The notes below the pieces were generated by a model that was not told the DNA's origin, searched no databases, and worked only from the letters and a program-made list of their open reading frames with translations. A stretch of DNA of 64,000 nt from an uncultured delta proteobacterium (lineage in GTDB: Bacteria > Desulfobacterota > Desulfuromonadia > Desulfuromonadales > BM103). The DNA lies in contig CAVQRZ010000009.1 of the NCBI GenBank assembly GCA_963715335.1, positions 117,861 to 181,860 on the forward strand, written 5' to 3'. The position numbers and the translations under genes were made by a program. Each line of letters starts with the position of its first letter. Position 1 is the stretch's first letter. Shown piece by piece: positions 9,205 to 19,145 of this stretch.

Positions 9205-10074
9205 TTAACCAAGTCTTATCAGCGCCGCCCCGCAGACAATCAGAACGGCTGCGGTGAAGCGAATCCGACCGGAGGTCTCGCCGAGGAACAGTACGCCGAT
9301 CAGGACACCGATCAGCAGGCTGACCTGACGCACCGGCACCGCGTAGCTCATCGGCGCCAGCTGCAGACCGTAACGGAAACTGAGGAAAGACGCCATGATC
9401 ACCGGCCCCGCAGCGAGCACCAGGAACCGGTGGCTGCGGTACTCGGCCATGATCCGCCCGCGGTACTTGGGCCGCATGATATTTATGGTCATGAACTGCA
9501 GCATGAAAAAAATCAGCAGGAAGGTGAAATGGAAGGGCGGGTAGAGCATCACGCCGGTCTTGTCGATAACCGCGCCGATCGAGTAGATGAAGCCCGCAGC
9601 GAGGGCAGCCAGTACGGCCGGGTCACGCAAACTGCGAAACGGCCGGACGACTTCGCTCCAGGCCAACGCCTTGAGCTGGATCGAGTAGGCGCCGAACAGG
9701 ATCAAAAGAATCCCCGCGATGCCGAGCCCGGAAACCTTTTCGCCGAGCAACAGGATGCCCCAGATCGGCGCCCAGAACATCGCCGTCTGCGCCAGCGGAT
9801 AAATGATCGAAAGGTCGCCGTCACGATAGGCGCGGCCGGAGAAGAGGTGATAGAGCATGAAGCAGAGCGCCCCGACCGCGGCGAGGCCGATGACGCGCCA
9901 GGAAAGGGCAGGGAACGGCCCGACCAGCGGTAGCGCCAGGGTCATCAGGCCGCATGAAGAGGCAAACATCCACCAGATGAAGACGGTCTTGTCCCCGCTG
10001 CGTTTGACCAGCAGATTCCAGATAGCGTGCATCAGCGCGGAAAACAGAATTAATGTGAAAGCGTATGACGACAT
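9205..10074 (-). CDS. EamA/DMT family transporter
   Basis: About 10 hydrophobic segments; SALMHAIWN, GDLSIIYP and LLGE repeats. Confidence 0.88.
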   Translation of the reverse strand: MSSYAFTLILFSALMHAIWNLLVKRSGDKTVFIWWMFASSCGLMTLALPLVGPFPALSWRVIGLAAVGALCFMLYHLFSGRAYRDGDLSIIYPLAQTAMFWAPIWGILLLGEKVSGLGIAGILLILFGAYSIQLKALAWSEVVRPFRSLRDPAVLAALAAGFIYSIGAVIDKTGVMLYPPFHFTFLLIFFMLQFMTINIMRPKYRGRIMAEYRSHRFLVLAAGPVIMASFLSFRYGLQLAPMSYAVPVRQVSLLIGVLIGVLFLGETSGRIRFTAAVLIVCGAALIRLG

Positions 10075-10274
10075 GAGGGAGCCATCATAGCGGAGACAAA
10101 ACTTTAGCGAAACTAAAATTATTTCGAGAGCCTAAACATGCATCGGAAAGATTGACAGCGGTACTCCTGCTGATATGCTGAACTAAGAAAAACTGCTAAT
10201 GATTTCAGGAAGATGTCAAAAGATAATGGCCTATAACACTTAACCGCCTCCGTAGCTGGGAAGGAGACTGATTT

Positions 10275-11682
10275 ATGTCCGCAACCCGTACCGAACAGGA
10301 TTCCATGGGCGCCATGACCGTGCCTGCTGACGCTCTTTACGGCGCCCAGACCGCCCGGGCCCGTGACAACTTCACGATTTCCGGAATCGGCTTTCCGCGC
10401 CCCTTCCTGCGTGCGCTCGGCATGGTCAAGGAGCATGCCGCCAGGGTCAATCGCGAGCTTGGCCTGCTCGACGAGCGCATCGCCCTGGCAGTCATGGATG
10501 CCGCCGATGAAGTGATTATTGGTGACCTTGACGACCATTTTCCCCTGGATATTTTCCAAACCGGTTCCGGCACCAGCACCAACATGAACGCCAACGAAGT
10601 GATTGCCAACCGGGCCTGCCAGCTGCTCGGCGAGAACCTCGGCAGTCGCACCGTGCACCCCAACGACCATGTCAATTACGGCCAGTCGAGCAACGACGTC
10701 ATCCCCACGGTCATGCATCTTGCGGCAGCGGTGGAGATCCGGGAGAGCCTGCAGCCGGCACTCATCGATCTGGGCAAAACCCTGGGCGCCAAAGCCCTTG
10801 AGTTCGACGACATCGTCACCATTGCCAGGACCCACCTGCAGGACGCCACACCGATCCGCCTTGGTCAGATCTTCGGCGGCTACTTCCGTCAGGTGACCAC
10901 GGTCACCGCCGAACTGGACCGGGCTCTGGACGGTCTCTGCGAATTACCGCTCGGCGGTACGGCGGTCGGGACCGGGCTCAACACCCACCCCGAATTCGCC
11001 CAGCGGGTGATTGCCGGGCTGGCCGAGGTGACCGGGTTGCCGCTGCGCGAGGCCAAGGACCACTTTGCGGCACAGGCCGGCAAGGAACAGGTGGTGGCTG
11101 CCAGCGGCGCCTCTAAAGACCACGGCTGTCGCACTCTTCAAGATCGCCAACGACATTCGTTTTCTGGCCAGCGGTCCGCGCTGCGGTCTCGGCGAGCTGC
11201 AGCTGCCGGCAGTGCAACCCGGCAGTTCAATCATGCCCGGCAAGGTCAACCCGGTCATGGCGGAGAGCCTCATGCAGGTCTGTGCCCAGGTGGTTGGCAA
11301 CGATGCGGCCATCACCCTTGGCGGCTTGTCGGGGAATTTTGAGCTGAACGTGATGATGCCGATGATGGCGCACAACCTGCTGCAATCGATCGACCTGCTG
11401 ACCAATGCGATCGACCAGTTTGACGAGCGCTGCCTGCAGGGACTGACCGCCAACCGGGAGCGTTGCGAAGGCTTGATTGAGGAGAGCCTGGCCATGTGTA
11501 CGGCCCTGGCCCCGGTGATCGGCTACGACCGTGCCGCGGCAATTGCCAAGCAGGCCCACGCAACCGGCAAGACCGTGCGCGAGATCGCCCTGGCGGAGAA
11601 GGTGCTGCCAGATTACGAAGTGGAGCGCCTGCTCGACCCGCGGCCGATGACCGAAGCGGGGATTCCGGGGAAAACCAGATGA
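10275..11682 (+). pseudogene. fumC: Class II fumarate hydratase, split by a one-base frameshift near 11111-11118 (pseudogene or assembly error)
   Basis: QTGSGTSTNMN and RTHLQDATP in frame 10275; KIANDIR and GSSIMPGKVNP continue in frame 11065. Confidence 0.88.
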
Positions 11683-11822
11683 ACGTGGCGCGTGGCGCGA
11701 AGAAGCTCTTAAAACCAGAACCTTGTCTCAGCAATTGGTTCTGCTTGACGAGAATATGTAGATCGTTGATTAACAAGAAGGTTGCTTTGTCGCGCTACTC
11801 GCCACGCGCTACGCACCACGTT
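11682..11822. repeat. Inverted heptamer arrays (CGTGGCG)n ... (CGCYACG)n flanking an AT-richer core
   Basis: aacgtggcg-cgtggcg at left; cgctact-cgccacg-cgctacg-caccacgtt at right. Confidence 0.65.
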
Positions 11823-11827
11823 TAACA

Positions 11828-12364
11828 ATGACTCGAAAAGAATCCTACCGGCAGTTGCTGCTACGATACAACAAGGAGCGCCAGCGCAACCTGCTGGCCA
11901 GGCCGGGAGCGCATGAGTTCGTGCTGGTGCTCGACCGGCTCAAGCCCGGCTTCAATGTCGGCAAGATCTTTCGCAGCGCCGAAGCCTTCGGCGCCAGCGC
12001 CGTACACCTGGTCAATATCGGACCCTTTGACCCGTCTCCCGCCAGGGGCTCGTTCCGCAAGGTCCCGGCACTTTTCCATGACTGCTTCGCAGATTGTCAT
12101 GCCGACCTGGCCAAACAGGGCTACAGCTTCTTCTTGCTCGACCCGGCGGGGGCGGTCTCACTTTGTGCGACAGAACTGCCGCTCAGGAGCGCTTTCGTGC
12201 TGGGCCATGAGGAGTTCGGCTGCAGTTTCGAGCCGCAGGATTATCCGGAACTGCAGAAGTTGATCATTCCGCAGTTCGGCAGCGTGCAGAGCCTAAACGT
12301 CAGCATCGCCGCTTCGGTGGTTATGTATGAATACGTTCGGCAAAGGATCGTAGCAGGAGCATAA
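11828..12364 (+). CDS. TrmH/SpoU family RNA methyltransferase
   Basis: NVGKIFRSAEAFG, VLGHEEFG and IPQFGSVQSLNVS motifs. Confidence 0.9.
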   Translation: MTRKESYRQLLLRYNKERQRNLLARPGAHEFVLVLDRLKPGFNVGKIFRSAEAFGASAVHLVNIGPFDPSPARGSFRKVPALFHDCFADCHADLAKQGYSFFLLDPAGAVSLCATELPLRSAFVLGHEEFGCSFEPQDYPELQKLIIPQFGSVQSLNVSIAASVVMYEYVRQRIVAGA

Positions 12365-12482
12365 AGCATTGCTCTAATTCATCCCCTCCATCCCTGTTAA
12401 TTCAGATCAAGTTTTAAATCAGATTCGATCAGATGTGATCAGTGGCCAACGGCTGTTCAGCTTTCTCGTCCCGTGTTCCGCG

Positions 12483-12800
12483 TCACACGTCCCGGGCTTT
12501 TCCACACTTCCAGCAGGAGCCGAACTGCCCTTCCAACTCCTCCCCGCATGACGGACAGGCCCATGGAGCAGAGGTGACATCTGTTTTCAGCCAGCTGTCG
12601 AGCAGTGATTTGGCCCGCGGCCAGACTTCATCGTCAACCACCCAGAGTTCCGGGTAACATTCGAGAAAAGGGATTTCGCCGAGCGCGGCGAAGAGTTGTT
12701 CGTTGCGGATCAGGCAGTCGACACCCTCACGCTCCAGGATTTCCTTGAGCAGGCCGGCTTCGGCACGATCAGCGAGGGAAAAGGTGTGCAGCCTCTTCAT
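12483..12800 (-). CDS. DUF2007-type (PII-like) protein with C-terminal zinc ribbon
   Basis: EAGLLKEILEREGV, PELWV and WxCPSCGE...CWKCG; ATGA overlap with the rnd stop. Confidence 0.8.
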   Translation of the reverse strand: MKRLHTFSLADRAEAGLLKEILEREGVDCLIRNEQLFAALGEIPFLECYPELWVVDDEVWPRAKSLLDSWLKTDVTSAPWACPSCGEELEGQFGSCWKCGKARDV

Positions 12801-13933
12801 CCTTGCAATCTTCCGCTCAGGGCGCCGAGCAGACCGTCGCCGAGCGCTGCCTTCTGCCACTGCTTCAAACCGACGATTTTATCCAGTTCGGCTGCCGACT
12901 GCGGATTCGCCTGGGCCAGTGCGTCGAGCGCAAAATTGTTGATCAGGACACCGGGATCCAGGGCATACTTTACCGCCTCTTTCTCGCGCCATTTCCGCAG
13001 CACTTTGAAGCGGTCCTCGCGGGCCGGGTCTCTCGGTTTGCGCGGAAGTCGCGGGAAGCTCGGCAGTTGTTCCTCCGGGATGTTCCTGCCTTTGGCAACG
13101 GCGGCCAGCAGCGCACTGCCAAGCCGCTCAATCAGCCGGGGGGGCAAGCCCTCAATGCCGCGCAGGCCACTTTTCTCCTGCGGCATGCGCTGAGCCAGTT
13201 CAAGCAGGGACTTGTTGCCGAGGACCTTGTAAACCGGCCTGTCCAGCCTTGCGCCTTCGCCCTCCCGCCATTGCAGGAGGCATTCGAGCACTCCGAGCTC
13301 GCGACGCGACAAGGTCCCGGCGCCCTTGGCCCGCACACAGAGCGGGCCGCTGTTGTCGGCAAACCGCACCTCTTCGAGCAGGGCGCATTCTTCGGCAACC
13401 CAGCTTGTCCGCCCAAGGGTCTCCAGGCGTTCAACGAAAAGGTCCATCAGTCGATGCAGGTAATTGGTGTCGGCGGCAGCGTAGCGAATCATCTCGGCTG
13501 GCAGGGGGCGCTGCGACCAGTCGGCTTTCTGGTATTTCTTGTCCAGCTCGACGCCGAAGTACCTGTTCAGCAGGTCCGCCAGCCCAACCCGCTCTTCACC
13601 GAGCAGCTGAGCGCTGATCATGGTGTCGAAGAGGCCGTGCACGTTCAGGTCGAAATCGCGCTTCAGGCTGCGCAGGTCGTAATCGGCGGCGTGGAAGATC
13701 TTGCGAATCGCCGGATCGGCAAAGACCGGCCGCAACGGCCCGAGGTTGGTCGCCGCGAGAGGATCGATCAGCACGGTTCGCTGCGTGGTCGAAATCTGGA
13801 TCAGGCAGATCTTTTCCTGGTAATTGTGCAGCGAATCCGCTTCCAGGTCGACGGCTATCGCCGTCTCCGCTGCGAGTTGCCCGGCCAGCTCGGCAACTTT
13901 GGCATCGGTAGTCAGTAATTCGATATGTTTCAT
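12797..13933 (-). CDS. rnd: Ribonuclease D (3'-5' exonuclease plus two HRDC domains)
   Basis: IAVDLEAD, KIFHAADYD, LFDT, DWSQRPL and YAAAD motifs. Confidence 0.9.
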   Translation of the reverse strand: MKHIELLTTDAKVAELAGQLAAETAIAVDLEADSLHNYQEKICLIQISTTQRTVLIDPLAATNLGPLRPVFADPAIRKIFHAADYDLRSLKRDFDLNVHGLFDTMISAQLLGEERVGLADLLNRYFGVELDKKYQKADWSQRPLPAEMIRYAAADTNYLHRLMDLFVERLETLGRTSWVAEECALLEEVRFADNSGPLCVRAKGAGTLSRRELGVLECLLQWREGEGARLDRPVYKVLGNKSLLELAQRMPQEKSGLRGIEGLPPRLIERLGSALLAAVAKGRNIPEEQLPSFPRLPRKPRDPAREDRFKVLRKWREKEAVKYALDPGVLINNFALDALAQANPQSAAELDKIVGLKQWQKAALGDGLLGALSGRLQG

Positions 13934-14040
13934 TGCAACCCTTGTTCATTGGAAAAGGTAAAAAGTTAAACGTGACCCGTAATTAGAGGAAAGACCTTGT
14001 CGGTGGAGCTGAACCTTTTTACCTTTTACTTTTTACGTGT

Positions 14041-16422
14041 CTAGACCATCTCCTGCAAAAAATTGAATGTCGAGGTCTCGGGCAGGCTCACATCCCTCCT
14101 GAATGCCGACAACACCTGTCCGCATTCTGGCGTGGACGCTCCCAGGTGGGAGAGGTCGACGACAAAACGGCGGCAGCCCATCCGCTGCAGCTCAGCGAGA
14201 TGACCAAGCAGAGAGAAGTCCTGTTCCGGACGCACGATCGTGAGGCCGGTTCGGTTGTCGACCCGGTATGCCTCACCGCGGTCGGAAACGACCGGCCGGT
14301 CGGCCTTGACGCCGGGCAGGGGAATCCGTGAAATCATCATCGGCAGGTTGGCGTAAACCGTCACGGCCAGCGACAGGCCGGTCTGACGGTTGAGCACAGC
14401 AGCAAAGTTGTCGCGATCATCCTCGACGTAGAGCGTCGCCGCCGCAAGCCCCAGTTCACGCCATGCGCTGGCAGCCTGGCTGTTGGTAGTGAAGAGCCGG
14501 TAACCGCTCTCCAGAAGCAGGTCCTGCCGGTCTCCAAACAGCATGAACTGGCCGATATTCTGCAGGCGGAAACGCCGGAACCCCAGGTCGATCAGCTGTT
14601 CGACTTCAGTCTGGAACCCGGGCCAGTCAGCATCGAAGATCGCCAGCGGCAGGTCCCAGACAACCCGTTCCGGATGCTTCAGGGCGGCACGGTTGCCGGA
14701 CAAAAGCTTGCCGGAGACACCCGTCGACAGCGGCAGGATCAGTTCATCAACCTCGCCCTGCTTAAGCAGAGCAAGGTCCCGGATGTTGCTGATGGCAACG
14801 GCCAGACGAACGGCTTCATTGCAGCCAGTCCCGGCCGGGACCAGGTCGGCCATCGCCTGGCGACGGTGGTCGGTGCGGGCCTGGTGCTGACGGTCCTGCA
14901 GCAGGCCGGACAGCTCCTGGTAGAATTCGCGACGGATGGCATTGAGCCTGCTTAACGGCAGAACTACTGCGGGCAAGTCGCCGCAAACCAGCTGTCCCAG
15001 GGTCAGGGGGAGTTGCCCGGTCTTGCCGAACACCTTGGCCAGCACCTCTGCGGAGAGCGGCCGGTCCTTGGCCGGGAAGGCTTCGACCTCGTAGGCTCTG
15101 GCCAATGACAAGCCGTGACAGGTGGCGCCCAGTTCGATTCTCCCAGCGGTCGGCATGGCGATGGCGAGATCGACCACCGCTTCGCCGGGGGTGATACTTT
15201 CCAGCCGTTTGCGACAGGCGGATTGGCTTAAGGAGAAGGCCTGCCCGGAGGACACCTTGTAGACGAGGTCGCCGCTCTTAAAGTTTTTGTCCGGCGGCGA
15301 GCCGACCGAGAGCCGCTCGTTTCTGCCGACGCGATTGACCGGTTTGCCGGCCTGACGCAGGTCGCGGATCGTGAACGCCGAACCAGGCTTGTCGGATGCC
15401 GGCTGGATGCGCAGGCGGTCGCCGAGATGCAGCGGGTCGCGTGTCGAAAAGGTCAGCTGCCCTCCCTGGCAACGTTCGACATTGCCGATCAGGCGGCCGG
15501 TGGCGCCGTGCACCCCGGGATTGACCATGTCGGTCGGTGTGCTCCCCGGCAGGAAGCCGCGGGTCGGCTGACGGCCGAACGATTCCTTGAGCAACACCTT
15601 GGCTTCACCGATTGCCGCAGACCTGGTCCGCTCTGAGGCATCGATGACCATGCGGTAGGCCTGTACGACATTGGCTACGTACTCGGCGCTCTTCATCCGG
15701 CCCTCGATCTTGAAGCTCATGATCCCGGCCTCGGCCAGCTCCGGCAGCAGGTCGATTGCGGAGAGGTCGTTGGGCGAGAAGTAGTAACCATCCTTGCCCT
15801 TGTGGTGGTAGCGGCGCCGGCAGGGCTGGGCACAGCGCCCGCGGTTGCCACTCATCCCGCCAAGCCAGGAGGAGAAGCTGCACTGGCCGGACAGAGAGAA
15901 ACAGTGGGCACCGTGAATAAAGTGCTCGAGGTCGAGTGCCGTTTCACTCCTGATTGCGGTGATTTCATCGAGGCTCAGCTCACGGGCCAGGACAACGCGG
16001 GAGAACCCGAGCTGTTCGGCCATCTGCACCCCGGCGCTGTTGTGAATGGTCAGTTGCGTCGAGGAGTGCAGCTCCAGACCGGGAAAGTGCCGCCGCGCCA
16101 GGCGCCAGATCCCCAGGTCCTGAAGGATGATCGCATCGATCCCGATCGCCTCGACGGCGGCCAGGACATCGATCAGGTGAGACAGCTCCTTCTCTTTGAC
16201 CAGGGTGTTGAGGGTGAGAAAGACTTTCTTCTGGCGGCCATGAGCATAGCCGACCATGCGCTCCAGCTCATCGCGGGTGACGTTCTTGGCCTTGGCCCGC
16301 GCGGAGAAATCCTTGAGCCCCACATACACGGCATCGGCGCCGAATTCCATGGCGGCAAAAAATGCCTCCAGGCTGCCGGCCGGAGCGAGCAGCTCCGGTT
16401 TATGTAACGGTTTTCTCGTCAT
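14041..16422 (-). CDS. Peptidase U32 family protein (long, RlhA-like RNA hydroxylation type)
   Basis: PELLAPAGS, GADAVY, NRGRCAQPCR and KIEGRMKS motifs. Confidence 0.88.
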   Translation of the reverse strand: MTRKPLHKPELLAPAGSLEAFFAAMEFGADAVYVGLKDFSARAKAKNVTRDELERMVGYAHGRQKKVFLTLNTLVKEKELSHLIDVLAAVEAIGIDAIILQDLGIWRLARRHFPGLELHSSTQLTIHNSAGVQMAEQLGFSRVVLARELSLDEITAIRSETALDLEHFIHGAHCFSLSGQCSFSSWLGGMSGNRGRCAQPCRRRYHHKGKDGYYFSPNDLSAIDLLPELAEAGIMSFKIEGRMKSAEYVANVVQAYRMVIDASERTRSAAIGEAKVLLKESFGRQPTRGFLPGSTPTDMVNPGVHGATGRLIGNVERCQGGQLTFSTRDPLHLGDRLRIQPASDKPGSAFTIRDLRQAGKPVNRVGRNERLSVGSPPDKNFKSGDLVYKVSSGQAFSLSQSACRKRLESITPGEAVVDLAIAMPTAGRIELGATCHGLSLARAYEVEAFPAKDRPLSAEVLAKVFGKTGQLPLTLGQLVCGDLPAVVLPLSRLNAIRREFYQELSGLLQDRQHQARTDHRRQAMADLVPAGTGCNEAVRLAVAISNIRDLALLKQGEVDELILPLSTGVSGKLLSGNRAALKHPERVVWDLPLAIFDADWPGFQTEVEQLIDLGFRRFRLQNIGQFMLFGDRQDLLLESGYRLFTTNSQAASAWRELGLAAATLYVEDDRDNFAAVLNRQTGLSLAVTVYANLPMMISRIPLPGVKADRPVVSDRGEAYRVDNRTGLTIVRPEQDFSLLGHLAELQRMGCRRFVVDLSHLGASTPECGQVLSAFRRDVSLPETSTFNFLQEMV

Positions 16423-16676
16423 GTCGTCTCTACGTTAGAGAATAGCGTGTTTTCAGGGTTGCGCTGAAAGAAAAAGCCGGGAGGAACCCGGCCTGTCCGA
16501 CGTCCGGGGACTCTATCATGCGAACATACGGGCTGGCAAGCGGCAGATGCGGGCGACGTCGCAGCCCTCTCTCTCTCGCTTCTTGCCTGTTTTTTTGAGA
16601 GAGGCTCTGAAGACGGTGATGTCCGCGATGCGCAGCGCGCACCTTGGCCAATCCAGGAGGCAAAAGCAAAGACCCC

Positions 16677-16713
16677 TTCCTCAAAAGCGCAATCCGATTC
16701 CTCATATGAGGAA
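16677..16713. promoter_or_regulatory. Tandem enhancer-like sites: TTCCTCAAAAGCGCAA and perfect palindrome TTCCTCATATGAGGAA
   Basis: Two related 16-mers 21 bp apart, about 50-90 bp upstream of a sigma54-like promoter. Confidence 0.6.
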
Positions 16714-16765
16714 TATTTTTTCTTTGGCACGGACAAAAACCCTTAAAAATCAGCCGGTTAAGTTT

Positions 16766-16781
16766 TGGCTCGGACTTTGCT
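16766..16781 (+). promoter_or_regulatory. Sigma54 (-24/-12) promoter
   Basis: TGGCTCG-GACT-TTGCT matches TGGCACG-N4-TTGCW; the operon ends in a sigma54 activator. Confidence 0.7.
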
Positions 16782-16844
16782 AAACAAATAGACAGCACCA
16801 TGACGGTGCGCACAAACGCGTTTCCCCTCAAGGAGAAGAAGAAC

Positions 16845-17201
16845 ATGAAGAAGGCCATTAAATTGCTGTTGGTATCGCTCGCGGTAATGACCCTTTTAAC
16901 TGCGTGCAAAAGTGAACCGCCAACCGCGCAAATGAGCGAGGCAAGGCAGTTAATCGATGCGGTGATCGCTGCTGGCGGACAAGAGTTTTCTCCGGACAAG
17001 ATCGTATCGCTCAACAAACGCTACGAGGAGGCTTTGGCCGATATCAAAGCCCAAGAGGATTACTTCTTCAAGAATTACTCGGTTGCGCAATTCACCCTGA
17101 ACCGGGTCATGGACGACTGCGACGCTCTGAAAGTCTCGCTGGCAGCCAGTAAGGGTATCGTTGTCGCTGCCGCGCCCAAGCGTGTCAAGTACGCGGAATA
17201 A
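16845..17201 (+). CDS. Small helical lipoprotein (DUF4398-like)
   Basis: MKK... signal with LTAC lipobox; AAGGAG RBS; paralogous to 17405-18007. Confidence 0.8.
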   Translation: MKKAIKLLLVSLAVMTLLTACKSEPPTAQMSEARQLIDAVIAAGGQEFSPDKIVSLNKRYEEALADIKAQEDYFFKNYSVAQFTLNRVMDDCDALKVSLAASKGIVVAAAPKRVKYAE

Positions 17202-17404
17202 TAAAGGCAAGGTCTGCTCCCGGAGGGTCTGAAACGTCCGCAGCGAGTGACAAAAATACCATCATAAGCAACAGGGACACTCGATGACTCGGGTGTCCCT
17301 GTCGTCCGACAGGTTCCCGATTGTGCGGACACAGGCAAACACTGATCACAACAGTCGCTACCATGGCGGTAGCCATAAACCATGCTTCATAAGGAGATTT
17401 CACA

Positions 17405-18007
17405 ATGCAAAGCAACTTCAAAAATTTAGTGGTATCCATGATGGCCGTCGTGCTACTGACAGCATGTGCCGAAGCCCCGAACAATGAGCTGGCCTCGGCG
17501 CAGAGCTCAATTGACACAATTGTCAGCGAAGGAGCTGAGATTTACACCCCCGAACAGCTGAAGTCGATCAACAACAAGCTCGAGGAGGCCAAAGCCGAAC
17601 TCAAAGTCCAGGACGGCAACTTTTTCAAAAACTACGATTTAGCGAAACACACCCTTGCACAAGTCAAATCTGACGCCGACGCATTGAAAGGCCAGATCGC
17701 CCAGCGCAAGGAAGAGTTGAAAGTTGCTGCCACTACGGCCCTCTCAGAAGCTGTGGCCGCGCTTACCGAAGCCAAGGCGATGCTCGAAGTCGCACCGCAG
17801 GGCAAGGGCTCGCTGGCTGACCTCCAGGCAATGAAGAGCGATGTCGTCGGTCTTGAAGCAGAACTGGAAGGGATCCAGCCGCAGATTGATTCCGGCGAAT
17901 ACATCGCTGCCGCCGAAAAGGCCAATGCCGTTGCCGCCCGGGCGATGACGATCAACAGCGATATCAGCCAGGCCCGTGAAAAAATAGCGGCGGCAAAGAA
18001 GAAGTAA
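17405..18007 (+). CDS. Ala-rich coiled-coil lipoprotein (DUF4398-like) ending in KKK
   Basis: LTAC lipobox, AAGGAG RBS, helical composition. Confidence 0.85.
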   Translation: MQSNFKNLVVSMMAVVLLTACAEAPNNELASAQSSIDTIVSEGAEIYTPEQLKSINNKLEEAKAELKVQDGNFFKNYDLAKHTLAQVKSDADALKGQIAQRKEELKVAATTALSEAVAALTEAKAMLEVAPQGKGSLADLQAMKSDVVGLEAELEGIQPQIDSGEYIAAAEKANAVAARAMTINSDISQAREKIAAAKKK

Positions 18008-18050
18008 ACTATTTCCTGCACAGCGCAGCAACGGGAGGTCCTGCCGGTCG

Positions 18051-19145
18051 ATGAGAATGTTTTTTGCCGCTTGGCTGGTTCTTCTGCTGTTCTTGCAGAC
18101 AGGTTGCAGTGAACCGCCGGTCCCACCGGAGGTCCAACAGGCGATTGCCCTGGAACAGGACCTTTGGCGGGCCGGCGCGCCTGTTTATGCAGCGGACCTT
18201 TACGCCGATTTCAAAGTGGAGCTGCAGATCGGGCGTGATCGCCTCGCTGTGGAACAGTCCCGCTTCACCTGGCTCCGTGATTACGAAGGGGTGTCGAATA
18301 TTTTTCGGGCGGTCCTGGCTCGCGGAGCGCAGGTCCATGCGGTCCTGATCGAGAATCGCAGAGAGCAAACCCGGGAGCTGGCCAGCCGCAGCTATCGGGT
18401 CACCGAGCAACTGTTGGCCCTGCGCGACCTCGCCGAGGCGATCAAGGACAGTCGCCTCAATACCGGCAACTTGTCCCGTGTCGAGGTCCTCATGGACGAG
18501 GTAAAAAGATTTATTGCCACCGATCAGCCGGATCAGGCCTTTGCCCGATTGACCAAGGCCGAGGCCTTGCTCGACAAGACAATTACCCGGGTCCGGCCGA
18601 TCCTGGCGCAGTTCGCCGACCGGGCCAATATCGTCCGCTGGCAATCGATGGTCGATGCTGCCATCCAGGAAAGCCGGCAAGGCCAAGGGCTTGCCCTGGT
18701 GATCAACAAATTGCGCCGCCAGCTTTTCGTCTATTCGCATGGCAAGCTTAAAGCCAGCTATCCGGTTGGCCTCGGTTTCAACCCGATCGGCGACAAGCTG
18801 TATGCGGGCGACCGGGCAACCCCCGAAGGCCGCTACGAGGTGGTCCGCAAGGTGCCGAACAGCAAGTATTATAAGGCCCTCCTCCTCAACTATCCAAATG
18901 CCGAAGATCAGAAGCGGTTTGCAGAAGCCAAACGGCGCAAGCAGATTCCGGCCAATGCCAAGATCGGTGGCTTGATCGAAATTCACGGTGGCGGCAAAAA
19001 CGCTGCGACACTCGGCTGCATTGGCCTGGACGATAACCAAATGCTCGAATTATTCAAGCGCGTCGAGATCGGCACGCCGGTCGTAATCGTCGCGACAGTC
19101 AGCACAGAGAACCTGGTCAGCCTGGCCCTGGAACGGCTGCGATGA
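18051..19145 (+). CDS. L,D-transpeptidase (YkuD) lipoprotein with helical N-terminal domain
   Basis: QTGC lipobox; GDRATPEGRY, LNYPN and IEIHGG...TLGCIGL motifs. Confidence 0.9.
   Translation: MRMFFAAWLVLLLFLQTGCSEPPVPPEVQQAIALEQDLWRAGAPVYAADLYADFKVELQIGRDRLAVEQSRFTWLRDYEGVSNIFRAVLARGAQVHAVLIENRREQTRELASRSYRVTEQLLALRDLAEAIKDSRLNTGNLSRVEVLMDEVKRFIATDQPDQAFARLTKAEALLDKTITRVRPILAQFADRANIVRWQSMVDAAIQESRQGQGLALVINKLRRQLFVYSHGKLKASYPVGLGFNPIGDKLYAGDRATPEGRYEVVRKVPNSKYYKALLLNYPNAEDQKRFAEAKRRKQIPANAKIGGLIEIHGGGKNAATLGCIGLDDNQMLELFKRVEIGTPVVIVATVSTENLVSLALERLR

Noticed and set aside
17265..17380. Possible c-di-GMP-I riboswitch (GGCAAAC) between the lipoprotein genes
   Set aside because: Lacks the GAAA-capped P2 and GACGCAAAG elements; only a plain hairpin (acagggacactcga/tcgggtgtccctgt) is evident
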